Of a stretch of DNA of 64,000 nucleotides, positions 22,092 through 33,128 are shown one piece after another; positions within the stretch are counted from its first letter, which is position 1; the number at the start of each line of letters is the position of its first letter. This DNA is from Nemertoderma westbladi (taxonomy: Eukaryota; Animalia; Xenacoelomorpha), in assembly GCA_032718475.1 (NCBI GenBank), contig JAUCBJ010000603.1, forward strand, positions 25,470 to 89,469, written 5' to 3'. The notes below the pieces were generated by a model. The model was not told where the DNA came from. It made no database searches and saw only the letters and a program-made list of their open reading frames with translations. The translations under genes were made by a program, and so were the position numbers.

Positions 22092-22479
22092 GGCACAATA
22101 TAAATGAGTGATGCAGTTAGGATGGTCTGTGCAGTTCGATAATGGCCTATCTCACACTATATGTTAGGTTATCGCCTAATTTTCCTACCCTAATTTCCTA
22201 AAGTGCCAAATTCTACCAAATTTCGTAATTCTGTCCGTTACTTAAAATATGTTCTGGAATATTTTTCCCTACTGTTACCATAATTTGTCTAATTTTCTAA
22301 TTTTATTTATTTTAATATTTAATTTAATCCTACTATTGTGCTATCAGTATCTGCCAATGGATTATTCTATTTATAATCCACATTCTGGCCTACTCTGTGG
22401 GATGGTGCAGTACAACAGTATGTGTTGCGTGGCCTACACGATTTATCCAGCTGTACCCACATGCCCCCCTCTCGCTACT

Positions 22480-23262
22480 CATTACTAACTCTACTAACTT
22501 TCCAGCTAATTTCTGCTGACTCTTACTATATACTATATTATACATATCCTCCTACCACTAACTCTTACTGGTAACGGTACTATACGTACCCTCCTACTAA
22601 CTTCTCTACTAACTCCTACTACCGGTACTACGTACCCTCTTACTAACTAGCTCTACAACTAACTCTTACTAACCGGTACTACGTACCCTCTTTCTAACTA
22701 GCTCTACAACTAACTCTTACTAACCGGTACTACGTACCCTCTTACTAACTAACTAACTCCAACTAACTCTTACTAACTGGTACTACGTACCCTCTTACTA
22801 ACTTCTAACTCCACTAACTCTTACTAACCGGTACTACATACCCTCTTACTAACTAACTAACTCCAACTAACGGTACTACGTACCCTCTTACTAACTTCTA
22901 ACTCCACTAACTCTTACTAACCGGTACTACTTACCCTCTTACTAACTAACTAACTCCAACTAACGGTACTACGTACCCTCCTACTAACTAACTAACTCCA
23001 ACTAACGGCACTATGTACCCTCTTACTAACTTCTAACTCCACTAACTCTTACTAACCGGTACTACGTACCCTCTTACTAACTAACTAACTCCAACTAACG
23101 GTACTACGTACCCACTTACTAACTTCTAATTCTTACTGACTTCTATCTGCCTACTTACTTACTGTGTACTTACTATGTACTACTTTCCTTTCTCTTTCTC
23201 TCTTTCTGACTAACTCCAACTAACGGTACTACGTACCCTCTTACTAACTTCTAACTCCTATC
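22480..23262. repeat. Internal minisatellite between pol and the cargo ORF
   Basis: Repeated GGTACTACGTACCCTCTTACTAACT(AACT)nCCAACTAAC units of ~41-53 bp. Confidence 0.9.
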
Positions 23263-23371
23263 TTTCCACCTATCCGGTCTTCTACCGATCGGACTCTTCT
23301 GTCTTCATCGGAGTAAGTGCCCACAACTCTCGCCAATCTCCATTGGTTGTTGATGATGGTATCGTCCGTGA

Positions 23372-26300
23372 TCACCCTCTGATCACCAGATCACCCTCTT
23401 TCAACTCCCTATTTGTATTTCTCCACTTGCTCCTCCTATGAAGCGTGGGTAGATATTCCTCGACCCACCTCCTCCAGTACTCCGCGCTTATCGCCTTAGC
23501 GACTTTCCAACTCTGTCGGGAGTCTATATTGTCTGGGTCTACACCCCGCATGTCGATTGTCGCCGGCCTCTCCATTAGAAAGTGACTGGGCGTCAGCACA
23601 TCTAATGATTCTGGGTCATCATTTTCTGGATATAGCGGTCTGCTATTAATGATACCCTCGCACTTTGCTAGTACCGTCCTTAGTACGTCCTCTGTTACCA
23701 TGTGGGTGTTCATCAACTTCGTCATCAGACGTTTGGAACTGCCCACGAGTCTCTCGACGCATCCTAGAGTATGCGGAGCATACGGCGTCCTCCTGTCCCA
23801 CTTCACCTGTCGTCTTCTCATGGCTGCCCTGACTTCCTCCCCTTCCAGGATGTCCAAGGCCTCTGCCATCTTGTTCTCCGCCCCCACAAAGTTGGTTCCG
23901 TTATCCGAGTATAATACTGCGATTGTCCCACCTTTGCGGTTTCTGAACCTCTCTAGGGCATTGATGAATGCCGATGCGGTTGCGTCTTGGGCGTGTTCTA
24001 TCCCTACCGCCCGCGTGTTATTACATACGAAGATAATGCCGTAGCGCTTCTCCGTGTGCCGCATCACCTTAATCTTTATCGGCCCGAACATATCTACACC
24101 GCAGTGTGTGAATGGCGGGTCATGCTGTCTTACTCTATTGGCCGGTAGTGGCGCCATCTCCTGTATGGCTGGCTCCTTCTTCATCCTCCGGCAGGTCTGG
24201 CACTGCCCCACTACCGCCTTTACCTTCTTCCTTAACTGTTTGACCCAAAAGGTCCTCCGTATCTCCGTGAGGGTTCGGTTGGTGCCCCCATGCAGTATCG
24301 ACTTGTGGGAGTCCCAGATGATCTGGTGCACTATCGGCGATCTATTGGGGATGATGATTGGTTTTGGTGGAATGATGATGCTGTTATTGTTGAGCACCCT
24401 GGAGTTCTTTATTAAAATCCCATCGTCATTGAGTTGTTGCAACAGCGCGATCAGCTCGCTGTCCCGTCGGAGATGCTGTTGTTTACTGATGCGTTCCACC
24501 TCATCGCCGTAGTTTTTTCTTTGTTCGTAGTGGATGACGGCCTTGGCCGCCCCCTCCAGATCGACGTTTGGTTTCTTCTTGATGTCTTGGCCAACCCCCT
24601 TTAGGAAGTTCCCGAAGACTCTCCAGTACGCCACTAACTTCTTGGTCTTGTACCAACTTGAGCTGTAGCTGAGGAGTTTGTCCGTCGGGTTATCGCATAG
24701 TTCTTCCAGTTTTGGTTGCACGTCCCTTATCTCCCTCACCATCTGGCTATATATCTCCTCGCCTTCTGAGTCTCCTCCCTCCTCCTCTAGTGCTACTTCC
24801 TCTGAGCCCGGGTCCTCCTTCTTCATCGGTGGCCAGGCTCTCCTGTCGTTCAGGAATTGTGGCCCGTGCTGCCACAATACTTCCTTCTTCAAGAAAGTGT
24901 GGCGTGCCACGCCCCTCGATAACAAGTCCGCTGGGTTCTCGTCCGTTGGGCAGTAGTGCCACCTTTCCAACTCCGTCATCGCTCTTATTTCGTCCACCCT
25001 ATTTGCGGCGAATATAGGGTATCTCGTCCTTTCATTGTGTAGCCAACCAAGCACTACCATGGAGTCCGTCCAGTAGTGTGTTTCCACTATGTTGGGAATG
25101 GTATCCATCAGATAGGCTGTGGCTCTTACTCCTAATCTCGCAGCTGTCAACTCGAGTTTCGGGACTGATGCTGAATCCGGTGGCGTTGACTTCGCTTTGC
25201 TGAATGCGAGTCTGGGCTTATGAGCCCCCTCTTGTTGTACTAGGTAGAGTGCCGCTCCGTATGCCTCCAATGATGCATCGGAGAACATGTGTAGGTCCAG
25301 ATTCGTCATGTCCCCATCCGGGAAATACACGCGTGGCATGCTGTATATCCCCATCTGTTCTAAACTCTCTGTCCACTTGCACCACTGCTTGCTGATCTCT
25401 TCCGGTACTTCTGTATCCCACTCGTCCTTTAGTTTGTATACTTTCTTAAGTATCTGTTTCCCCGTGACTAATAATGGGGATGCTAGGCCTAGGGGATCAT
25501 ATATCCTCGCTATGTATGACACATAGCCCCTCTTTGTGTGGATGTCTGCGCCCTCCTGGCTCAATTGGTACTTCAATTCGTCTGTCTCTCGGTTCCACAC
25601 GATCCCTAGTGCCTTCTGTTGGGACTCTATCCTCTTGTTCGCCATGTCCTGTCCCTTGGCTGTCGTGGGATTATCCATGGTCGCTTCTGGCCTCCTGTCC
25701 TCTATGGCTTTGATAAATTCTTCCGAACTGGATTGGAACTTGGTCAGGTTGAACCCGGATCCTTTTAGGATGTCGCGAACCTCGCGCCCCGTATCCAGTA
25801 GTTCTTTAACCGTATTTCCAGACTCCATTCCGTCATCTACATAGAAGCCGCGTCGAATCATATCGACGGCTTTAGCGCTGTATCTCTCCTCTTTACCCTC
25901 TACTGTGTTTCTTACAGCCACAGTCGTCGTGAATGAGGACGACTTGGCACCCATATTCTGCACCACCATCTTGTACATCGGTATTGTCAACGGTTCCTCG
26001 TCGCCGTTGTACCATAGGAAGCGCTGACTGTCGCTATCCTCTTCCGTTACACGGACTTGGTTGAACATGCCTTCGATGTCGCAAGTGAAGGCGTGCTTCC
26101 CGTTTCTGAATCTGAGTAAGACCTCGATCCCTGAGTAATAGATGTTGGGACCCTCCAACAGATAATCGTTTAGGCATTTGCCGTTGGTTTTAGCCGATGC
26201 GTCAACTACCATCCGCAGTTTACCTTTCTTCGGATCTAGAGCCACGTGAAGTGGCAGGTAATAGGTCCTGTCCGTGTTCGGTTCATCGACCGGTAACTCC

Positions 26301-28477
26301 ACGGCCCATCCTTTCTCAACATACTTCCTAATTGTCTTATGAATGTACTCATTCTTTTCGAGGCTCCGCTTTAGCGTTTGCTTCAACTTACGAAGCCTCG
26401 TGAGTACCATTCCTTTATTGTCGGGTAGCGGTAGCTTCGGTAGTTTCCATACCATCCCTATGGTATACCGCCCCTCATCGCATGTCATCGATTCCTTTAC
26501 GCTTTGTAAAGCCTGCTTATCCTCCACCGAGGTTCCGACCTCGGTCTCTTTCAATCCCTCAAAATCTTGTCTAAGCAGTCTCCTGAGCTGCTCCTCCACT
26601 CCTTCGTCTTCCATCTCCCGCATAGTTCCTGCGAACATGCACCCTGATGTCTCCGACATCCTAAACGGTATTTTGCTTCTAATTGGGCCGCTCAGCGTCC
26701 ACCCAAATGGTGTCAAGATCGCCACCGGGTCACACTGCCTGTCTTCGCCGAAGACCGTTTGCATTCTCTCGTGGGCCGTCGGGCAGTCCATTCCTACTAT
26801 AATGGATACCTTCCTAACGTCCACCTCTGGGATTGAGAAGTCGATACAGTCCAGGAATTTATATTGTTCGACCTCGATGTTGGTTGGTCGCCTGGCGTTG
26901 ATATTTATCGACTCTATCACCTGGATGGGGTTGATCGTCGTCCCATAATCGCATCCCGGTGCTATCGCTGCTATCCCGCACCATCCAGTCCTCATCTCCA
27001 GGACCTCATCTTTGCTGGAGATGGTTGTCACTGCCATCCTACTTGGCCTCGTCCTCAATCCTATTTCTTCGGCCACCCAATTCTCGACCAACGTGAAGGC
27101 TGCTCCACTGTCGACCAGCATCAGCGTGGTTACTGATCGATCGCCTTCCCCAATCACCCGCACTGGTACTACCCCGAGTAGTGCCATTCCTCTCTTCTTT
27201 GCTCCTACGGTGCTTGTTGCCATCGTCTGTCCTCTGGCTTGACCAAACTTAATTGGCGTCTCCTTGCATTGGTTGGCTCGATGTCCACCCGTCACACATC
27301 GAGAACAAACTTCGTTCCTCCTCGCATATTCTGTCTGATCTTCTCTGGGTAGTGCTTGCCAATATCTGCAATTCATCGTCTGATGAAGTGCGTTCGTGTG
27401 CAATTGGCACTTATTGTTTGGGTTGTAGCCATCCTTGTATAGTGCGCTATGTATCGCACTTGCATTCGTACCTAGGACCCTACTGTTCTTATTACTTGGG
27501 TTCGGCCTACCGGGCGTGTTAGGGTTATGTTTATTTGTGTTGTTATTTTTCCCTTGTCCGCTCCATGGTGCAGCCTTACCCCCGGCTATATGTGGACTAG
27601 CAGTCCGCTGCGTCGCTGCGTATGGCAGCGATTGTCTGAGCTTTGGCAATGCATTCGCCGTGTTGTGTTCTGGTTTCGGCCTATGGTATTCGGTCTTTGG
27701 TCCCTTTCCCAGGCTATCCTCGCTATAGATTGGGTCTGTTATGAGTTCGGCTTCGTAGTTAAGGAAGCTCGACATTTCTTCTAGACCCGGTTCCGCACCC
27801 TTCCTATCTCGAGTGGAGAAAGCGATTTTTCTCCACTTATTGCGCAGCCAAATCGGTAGTGCCTGCGCTATCGTGGTGATGTTATTAGATGCGTTGAGTT
27901 CGTATGGCGCATCCAGCATCTTTAACACGATTAGCGCTTTCTCGACTTTATTCGCAAATGTCTTTATGCTAATGGGATTATCCTGTAGGCCACCCGATGT
28001 TATACCTCTCAGGGTCTGCCGGATGATCTTGGCCGGGTGCCCGTACTCCCTGTCTAGTGCCCGCCATGCTGTCGTGAAGCCACCCTCGATGCCCTGGTGC
28101 TGCCTCACGATGTCGTATGCTGGGCCTCCTGTATACACCTGTAAATATTTTAGGCACTCCGCCTGCGTCAAGTTCTTTGTTAATATTTCATTGCTATACA
28201 TGTGCCGAAACTGCAGGTATTCTTCCGGCCTACTTCCATCGAATTTAAATGGTTCTATGGGTGGTAACTCGATCATGGTTTTTAATGCATCGATCAATGT
28301 AGCCATTCCCATCGCTTGTGCTTCCAATGGGTTCGATGGATGTTGTATAGATTCTCCTGTTGGGTGCGGTCCGCCCATCCTATCTGCTGTCTTTCTTTGC
28401 GTCGGATATATCATAGGGGGTAGCGGCCCCCTCCATATTTCGGTGTCGCATGATCTGCTCTCGTCCAGGGGGTTCAA
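23372..28477 (-). CDS. pol: BEL/Pao Gag-Pol polyprotein (gag, zinc knuckles, protease, RT, RNase H, integrase)
   Basis: 1701-aa open stretch with FKFDGS, CSRCVTGGHRANQC, LVDSGA, TPFGW, YLPLH, LRMVVDAS, YVDD, YDPLGL, HMFSDAS, PKLEL, WTDS, NPADLLSRG, GVDMFGP, SDNGTNFVG, INSRPL and LTPSHFL. The end of the integrase C-terminal domain is frameshifted by a short duplication at ~23370-23385. Confidence 0.96.
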   Translation of the reverse strand: MNPLDESRSCDTEIWRGPLPPMIYPTQRKTADRMGGPHPTGESIQHPSNPLEAQAMGMATLIDALKTMIELPPIEPFKFDGSRPEEYLQFRHMYSNEILTKNLTQAECLKYLQVYTGGPAYDIVRQHQGIEGGFTTAWRALDREYGHPAKIIRQTLRGITSGGLQDNPISIKTFANKVEKALIVLKMLDAPYELNASNNITTIAQALPIWLRNKWRKIAFSTRDRKGAEPGLEEMSSFLNYEAELITDPIYSEDSLGKGPKTEYHRPKPEHNTANALPKLRQSLPYAATQRTASPHIAGGKAAPWSGQGKNNNTNKHNPNTPGRPNPSNKNSRVLGTNASAIHSALYKDGYNPNNKCQLHTNALHQTMNCRYWQALPREDQTEYARRNEVCSRCVTGGHRANQCKETPIKFGQARGQTMATSTVGAKKRGMALLGVVPVRVIGEGDRSVTTLMLVDSGAAFTLVENWVAEEIGLRTRPSRMAVTTISSKDEVLEMRTGWCGIAAIAPGCDYGTTINPIQVIESININARRPTNIEVEQYKFLDCIDFSIPEVDVRKVSIIVGMDCPTAHERMQTVFGEDRQCDPVAILTPFGWTLSGPIRSKIPFRMSETSGCMFAGTMREMEDEGVEEQLRRLLRQDFEGLKETEVGTSVEDKQALQSVKESMTCDEGRYTIGMVWKLPKLPLPDNKGMVLTRLRKLKQTLKRSLEKNEYIHKTIRKYVEKGWAVELPVDEPNTDRTYYLPLHVALDPKKGKLRMVVDASAKTNGKCLNDYLLEGPNIYYSGIEVLLRFRNGKHAFTCDIEGMFNQVRVTEEDSDSQRFLWYNGDEEPLTIPMYKMVVQNMGAKSSSFTTTVAVRNTVEGKEERYSAKAVDMIRRGFYVDDGMESGNTVKELLDTGREVRDILKGSGFNLTKFQSSSEEFIKAIEDRRPEATMDNPTTAKGQDMANKRIESQQKALGIVWNRETDELKYQLSQEGADIHTKRGYVSYIARIYDPLGLASPLLVTGKQILKKVYKLKDEWDTEVPEEISKQWCKWTESLEQMGIYSMPRVYFPDGDMTNLDLHMFSDASLEAYGAALYLVQQEGAHKPRLAFSKAKSTPPDSASVPKLELTAARLGVRATAYLMDTIPNIVETHYWTDSMVVLGWLHNERTRYPIFAANRVDEIRAMTELERWHYCPTDENPADLLSRGVARHTFLKKEVLWQHGPQFLNDRRAWPPMKKEDPGSEEVALEEEGGDSEGEEIYSQMVREIRDVQPKLEELCDNPTDKLLSYSSSWYKTKKLVAYWRVFGNFLKGVGQDIKKKPNVDLEGAAKAVIHYEQRKNYGDEVERISKQQHLRRDSELIALLQQLNDDGILIKNSRVLNNNSIIIPPKPIIIPNRSPIVHQIIWDSHKSILHGGTNRTLTEIRRTFWVKQLRKKVKAVVGQCQTCRRMKKEPAIQEMAPLPANRVRQHDPPFTHCGVDMFGPIKIKVMRHTEKRYGIIFVCNNTRAVGIEHAQDATASAFINALERFRNRKGGTIAVLYSDNGTNFVGAENKMAEALDILEGEEVRAAMRRRQVKWDRRTPYAPHTLGCVERLVGSSKRLMTKLMNTHMVTEDVLRTVLAKCEGIINSRPLYPENDDPESLDVLTPSHFLMERPATIDMRGVDPDNIDSRQSWKVAKAISAEYWRRWVEEYLPTLHRRSKWRNTNRELKEGDLVIRG

Positions 28478-31408
28478 TGTTCTTGTTCCTATTGGAGTAT
28501 ATTGTTGATATTGCGATGGGGGAATGTCACCCTGTCCCCCCCCCCACCGGTGTATTTGATACTGGGGTTGATGTTAATATATTGGGGGCCATGCACCTAT
28601 CCGCAATAACTCTTCCCTCCCCTGGATATATGTTATGCCCTTGCATGCTGTAGTCATACTGCTGTGCTGGTACCGGTATAGGCCTATCCACTTCTGGCCT
28701 ACCTACCGGTATATACTCCGCGACTTCCGGGTTTAATCCCGCCATCCGTGCTACCCTATCACCTACGTTATCTCTTCCAGCATGGCCTATAGTATGTGCA
28801 GTAAGGCCTACAGTATGTCCTGCAATCTGTATGTGTCACTCGGGATCGAAGTTTAACCTTCTCGAATAATCCTCCCCGGAGCTACCGTATTCTCGATCAG
28901 CAGGTATATCCCGTCGGGAAGTTTCTCTTCGATCCCCTCTACTGCTCTCGTCCTCGTACCGGTACACCCTGTACCCCTCTCTTGGCGTGTAGTACGCCTC
29001 GTCAGGTCGCATCTCCCCGGGACGACGGCAATCTCCCAGAGTTCGACCCCACTGACTCTCCGTCTCCATCTCTACTACCGACAGCTCGCTATCCGTCCTC
29101 GCTCTCCTGTCGTTCGCGACGACACTTCTTCTACTCTCTTCCCTTCTTCTCTCTGCAGTACAGTATCCCCGCTTGTGAGATCTCTCGTCGACCTCCCGGT
29201 TAAACTCCACTGTTCTTCTTCCCTCTTCTGATTGGGCTCGATGTCTCGTCGCTCGCCCTCTCGCGACGTCAACCTGTCTCTCTCTGCTCGATCGCACGCC
29301 GCTGGGGATACTCGTAATCCCCCTACTATTCTCCATCGCCGGGTGCTGCGGTTCACCTAATTCGCCCCGCGCATTATCCGCCGACGCCTGTGGGGTACTC
29401 CCTGCCCCCCCCCCCTCTCGCCGCTAATCCCTCATTGTGGGGCTCCTGCAGCCCCCCCCCCCCCCCACTCGCCACCTATCACTTCTCTATCTCTTACTTC
29501 ACTTCTACGCCCCTCTCTAGTCGACGCACTAACTCTACCGCGACTGGGTCTATTCACCCCCGCCTCTCCCTCTGTCACTGTGTTGCCTGGTAGGCTCCCG
29601 TCGGGTTGACTCAACCCCGCTACTCCCTGCGCACTAACTACGTGGCCTACCAGGCCCCTGTCGGGCTCTCTCACCCCTGCCACCTCCTGCCTACTGATTA
29701 CGTGGCCTACCAGGCTCTCATTGGGGTTTCTCACCCCCGTTACTCCCTGCCTACTGACTACGTGGCCTACCAGGCTCTCATTGGGGTTTCTCACCCCCGT
29801 TACTCCCTGCCTACTGACTACGTGGCCTACCAGGCTCTCATTTGCCGGGCCACCTGCGTCCGCCACGTTTATATTAATCTTCTATATCTTCTTTATCTAA
29901 TATTCTTATCTTCTAAATCAATTAAATTATTTTGCACACCTAAATTAGAAACGAGATTATTTTGGTCGTTTGAATTAAGATTGTTATTTGAATTATTTTG
30001 CGTAATTATATTATTTGAATTATTTTGTATATTCGGATTTAAATTATTATTTAAATTATTCGAATTATTTTGTAAATTTATATTAGGGTCGTTCGGATTT
30101 AAATTACTACCATCGGGCAAAATATTATTTCCTGCAATGAAAGTTTGGTTAGGATTATCCACTACGGTACTATTAATATTAACGTCCTCTGCTGTATTAT
30201 TATTATTACCCCCCCCCCCCCCCCCCCGCCCGTACGGTCACACCAGTCTTGGGTCTGTCATCCGGTCCCTGTAAGTGGGATATTGATAAATGTTTCCATA
30301 ACTTCTGGCTCCTCGTAAACACTACCCGAGCCAGCCTCGCTCTCTGACAATCCCATCTGCGCCAGTTCCAGTCGGCGCTTCTGTTTGGCCTGATATTGCA
30401 TAAGCCCCCTTAGCCGGGCATGCATATCATCCCGCACACGTTTTCCCGCTCTCTCCCTCTCCCTATCCTCTCGTAAACTCTGATAGGCTAACTCTGCCTC
30501 TCTCGCAATCCTCTCAAGCCGTCTTGCCTCACGCTCTTTTCGCTCACCCTCTTCTCTCGCCTCCCTCGCCGCCTTGCGCTCTTTATGTTCACTCTGCTCT
30601 CTTGCCTCACTCGCCTCCCTCGCCGCCTCACGCTCTTTACGTTCACTCTGCTCTCTCGCCTCACTCGCCTCCCTCGCCGCCTCACGCTCCTCTCGCTCCT
30701 TCCTTTCCCTCGTTTCTATCTCCTCACACTCCCTAAAATTTCTCGCGACCCTCTCGGCTCGGCCTTCTCTTTGTTCTCTCTAGCCAGTTCTCTCTCCCTT
30801 TCCAATAACGCAGTTCCCTCCTCCAACTCCCTCTCCAACTCCTTTTGGTCTAACGCCACTATATCGAGCTGGCACGCCAGATCGATTTCTAACACCCTTC
30901 TTACTTTTGCAGAGGATGTAGCAGACTTGTCGGTTGCGACGGACTCCCGTCGCCTCCCCGTCCTACTAACTTTCCCCCTCTTTCTGGGGTTCTCAGCGAC
31001 CGACGAGACCGAATCCTCGGGGTTAACCTCAGATTCTCGCTCGTGCGGTCCCGCCCAACCCACTAACTTAATTCCCCTGGCATCCACTAAGTATGGCCCT
31101 ATGTACACTACACCAGGCTCCATACCCCTAGACTGCCACAACTCGAACAGTTCGGTGGCGACCCCTCTCGCTCTTTCACCCGCCAACTCTCCTTGCCCAA
31201 AGCGAACTAGATAGTTAAAATGTTTGTTCGACTCACCTAGTCGCTGATCTAGTTTCACCTGGTCTAGTTTTGCTCCCTCTTTAGCTTCCTTCATCTGCTT
31301 CCTCGTCGCGTTGTAGGCCCGTCGGAGCCGGTCGCTAACTCCGACGTCCTCGTCGCCGACATCCCCTCTTTCTCTCCATGTTCGGCGTCGTACCGGCGGC
31401 CCCACCAT
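28478..31408 (-). pseudogene. Long, broken 5' extension of the inner BEL ORF (coiled-coil, Asn-rich, 20-aa repeats, Arg/Glu-rich)
   Basis: A chain of minus-strand ORFs (31408, 30685, 30162, 29866, 29336, 28745). Several are joined by shifts in G-runs or by a single in-frame TGA at 28836-28838. Confidence 0.55.
29600..29845. repeat. 60-bp tandem repeat, about 4 copies
   Basis: CTACTGACTACGTGGCCTACCAGGCTCTCATTGGGGTTTCTCACCCCCGTTACTCCCTGC; minus strand encodes NESLVGHVVSRQGVTGVRNP. Confidence 0.9.
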
Positions 31409-31717
31409 CGCCGTTCCGGTAGGCCGTCCGTCGCCCTCGGCCTGTGGCTGGCCGGCGACATTGGTACATCGTACGCCCTCGTGCGTCGACTCTTCCTCCC
31501 TCTCTGGTAGATGGCCGCCCTCCGCCTGGGCTATCGGGTCATTCGTGGTCGACGATCCCGGCGTCGTGGGTCGATACCGTCGCGTCGCGGCCTCGCAGAT
31601 CGTTTAGTCCGTATCGTCCGGGGTCCGTGGCGGTGTCGTTTCTCCTTCTTGGCTCATCTTTTATCGGTGGCTGGCAGTCACAGTTTTGATAGTAGGGTGG
31701 ATGGGTAATTCTATTAC

Positions 31718-32552
31718 TGTGACGGGATCAGTGGATCCCAACCGGTATGTGGTTTATGTACGCGTCCCCGCCGTGTGAATGAAAAAGGGTTTGTTGTTGT
31801 TCCGATAATGTTGATGAATATAAAATATAGTATACTAGCAGGCAATACCCGAGGCATGTTACCCAGTATTTCCCGCTACCAGCATATGCCTACTGGAGTA
31901 CTGATACCGGTATAGGCCTACTGACGTACCGGTACCCAGTACTGGTACCGAACGTGAATTATACTTTTCGAAGAGTGGCCTATAACGACCGCTGGTTAAA
32001 GTTATACACACATGCCAAGTCCCAGCGCAATCCTTCTGCCCGTTTTGGAGGAGTTCGAACACAGAGAGAGAGAGAGAATTTGATTTTTATAGGTATAGAT
32101 AATGAGCAAACAGATAGCACAGTTGAAGTACAGAATGATCGGTAATATTGAATGTGATGGTGATGGCGGTTATGGTAATAGAATGTTACCGTACTGCCCT
32201 AACTGACTGAGCAACTGAGTAAACTGAATGTGTGATGAAACACCGACCGGTAATATACTACACTACATTGGCCTGTTACTTAGCTGATGCCTTCCTGTCC
32301 CCCCATTGGTTGATAACCCAATTCTCGGCTCCCACCTCTGTGGGAGTGTTTCCCCCTGGTTACTGTTACTTTCTCTCTCCCGGAGGCTTAACCTCTGACC
32401 TCCATTGTATACGGCCGTTTGGGGGTTCGTTGCCCCCGTTTATTGGGGGTGGTACGAGGTTGATTGGCAATCAACCTCGTGCTTCCCAATATTGCTCAAA
32501 GGCGCCGTCTCCCAACTTTATGGGGTGGTTAGCGGAATTGAATCCGCTAACA
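31718..32552 (-). repeat. 5' LTR of inner BEL/Pao, interrupted by a Helitron
   Basis: Direct repeat of 18209-18778 plus an insertion at 31835-32099. Confidence 0.95.
31835..32099 (-). mobile_element. Non-autonomous Helitron (265 bp)
   Basis: Minus strand begins TCTATACCTATAAAA and ends with an imperfect hairpin plus CTAG. It is inserted precisely between A and T with no TSD; the empty site TAGTATA|TAATGAG is seen in the other LTR. Confidence 0.88.
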
Positions 32553-32557
32553 ATTGT

Positions 32558-33128
32558 TTTTTTATATTTACTACTTTATCTTCCAAACCCTCAACTGGTC
32601 CACGGACCTGGATATATTTTGGGCCAACTGCCTGAGCAGCTTGCCCATCTCCCACCGCCCTTGCTCCATCCACTCAACCGCTGGTGTGGGAGATGCCAAC
32701 GGAGTGGCTGGACGGCCCATCGGGCGATGGGGGACGACCCTTGCCCGAATGATTTATATTCATCGGGCTTACCGCCAACCTGTGATTCAGGGATTTGGCT
32801 ACTGGTGAAGGGAGTATTTGTACTTCCTAAAGGAAATCTAGAATCGGGTTCGAACAGTAAGGGAGCCTCCACTAATGGGGTAGACCACCTAGTTATCTCA
32901 GGCTCGTCTAGAATAGTGGGAAGCCTATCAGATTCGAATACTTGGGTGATTAACTCGGCAGATTTTAAATCTGTGCTCGCCAGTTCTCTTCTCACCGGAG
33001 GGGGCAAGTTGGGCAACTTGCGTCCTATGGGAGCTTGTCTACATCCATTTGAGGTGGATTTGTAACTCCTACATTCTGATTCTGTCGTCGTACCTTCATC
33101 TGAGGTGGTAATATTTGACTGAGAAGGC
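32558..33128 (-). pseudogene. 5' internal region / Pro-rich gag N-terminus of the outer BEL/Pao
   Basis: Lies between the inner element's TSD and the outer 5' LTR; contains minus-strand ORF 33016-32591. Confidence 0.5.

Larger units (their letters stand above)
18209..32552 (-). mobile_element. Inner BEL/Pao LTR retrotransposon (14.3 kb) with an extra 3' cargo ORF
   Basis: 570-bp LTRs at 18209-18778 and 31718-32552 (the latter plus a 265-bp insert), ~11 substitutions by eye; 5-bp TSD ATTGT (18204-18208 and 32553-32557); PPT GAGGGGGAG on the minus strand next to 18778; BEL gag-pol. Confidence 0.95.

Noticed and set aside
23649-28508. Numerous plus-strand ORFs of 60-230 aa
   Set aside because: Antisense shadows of the BEL gag-pol.
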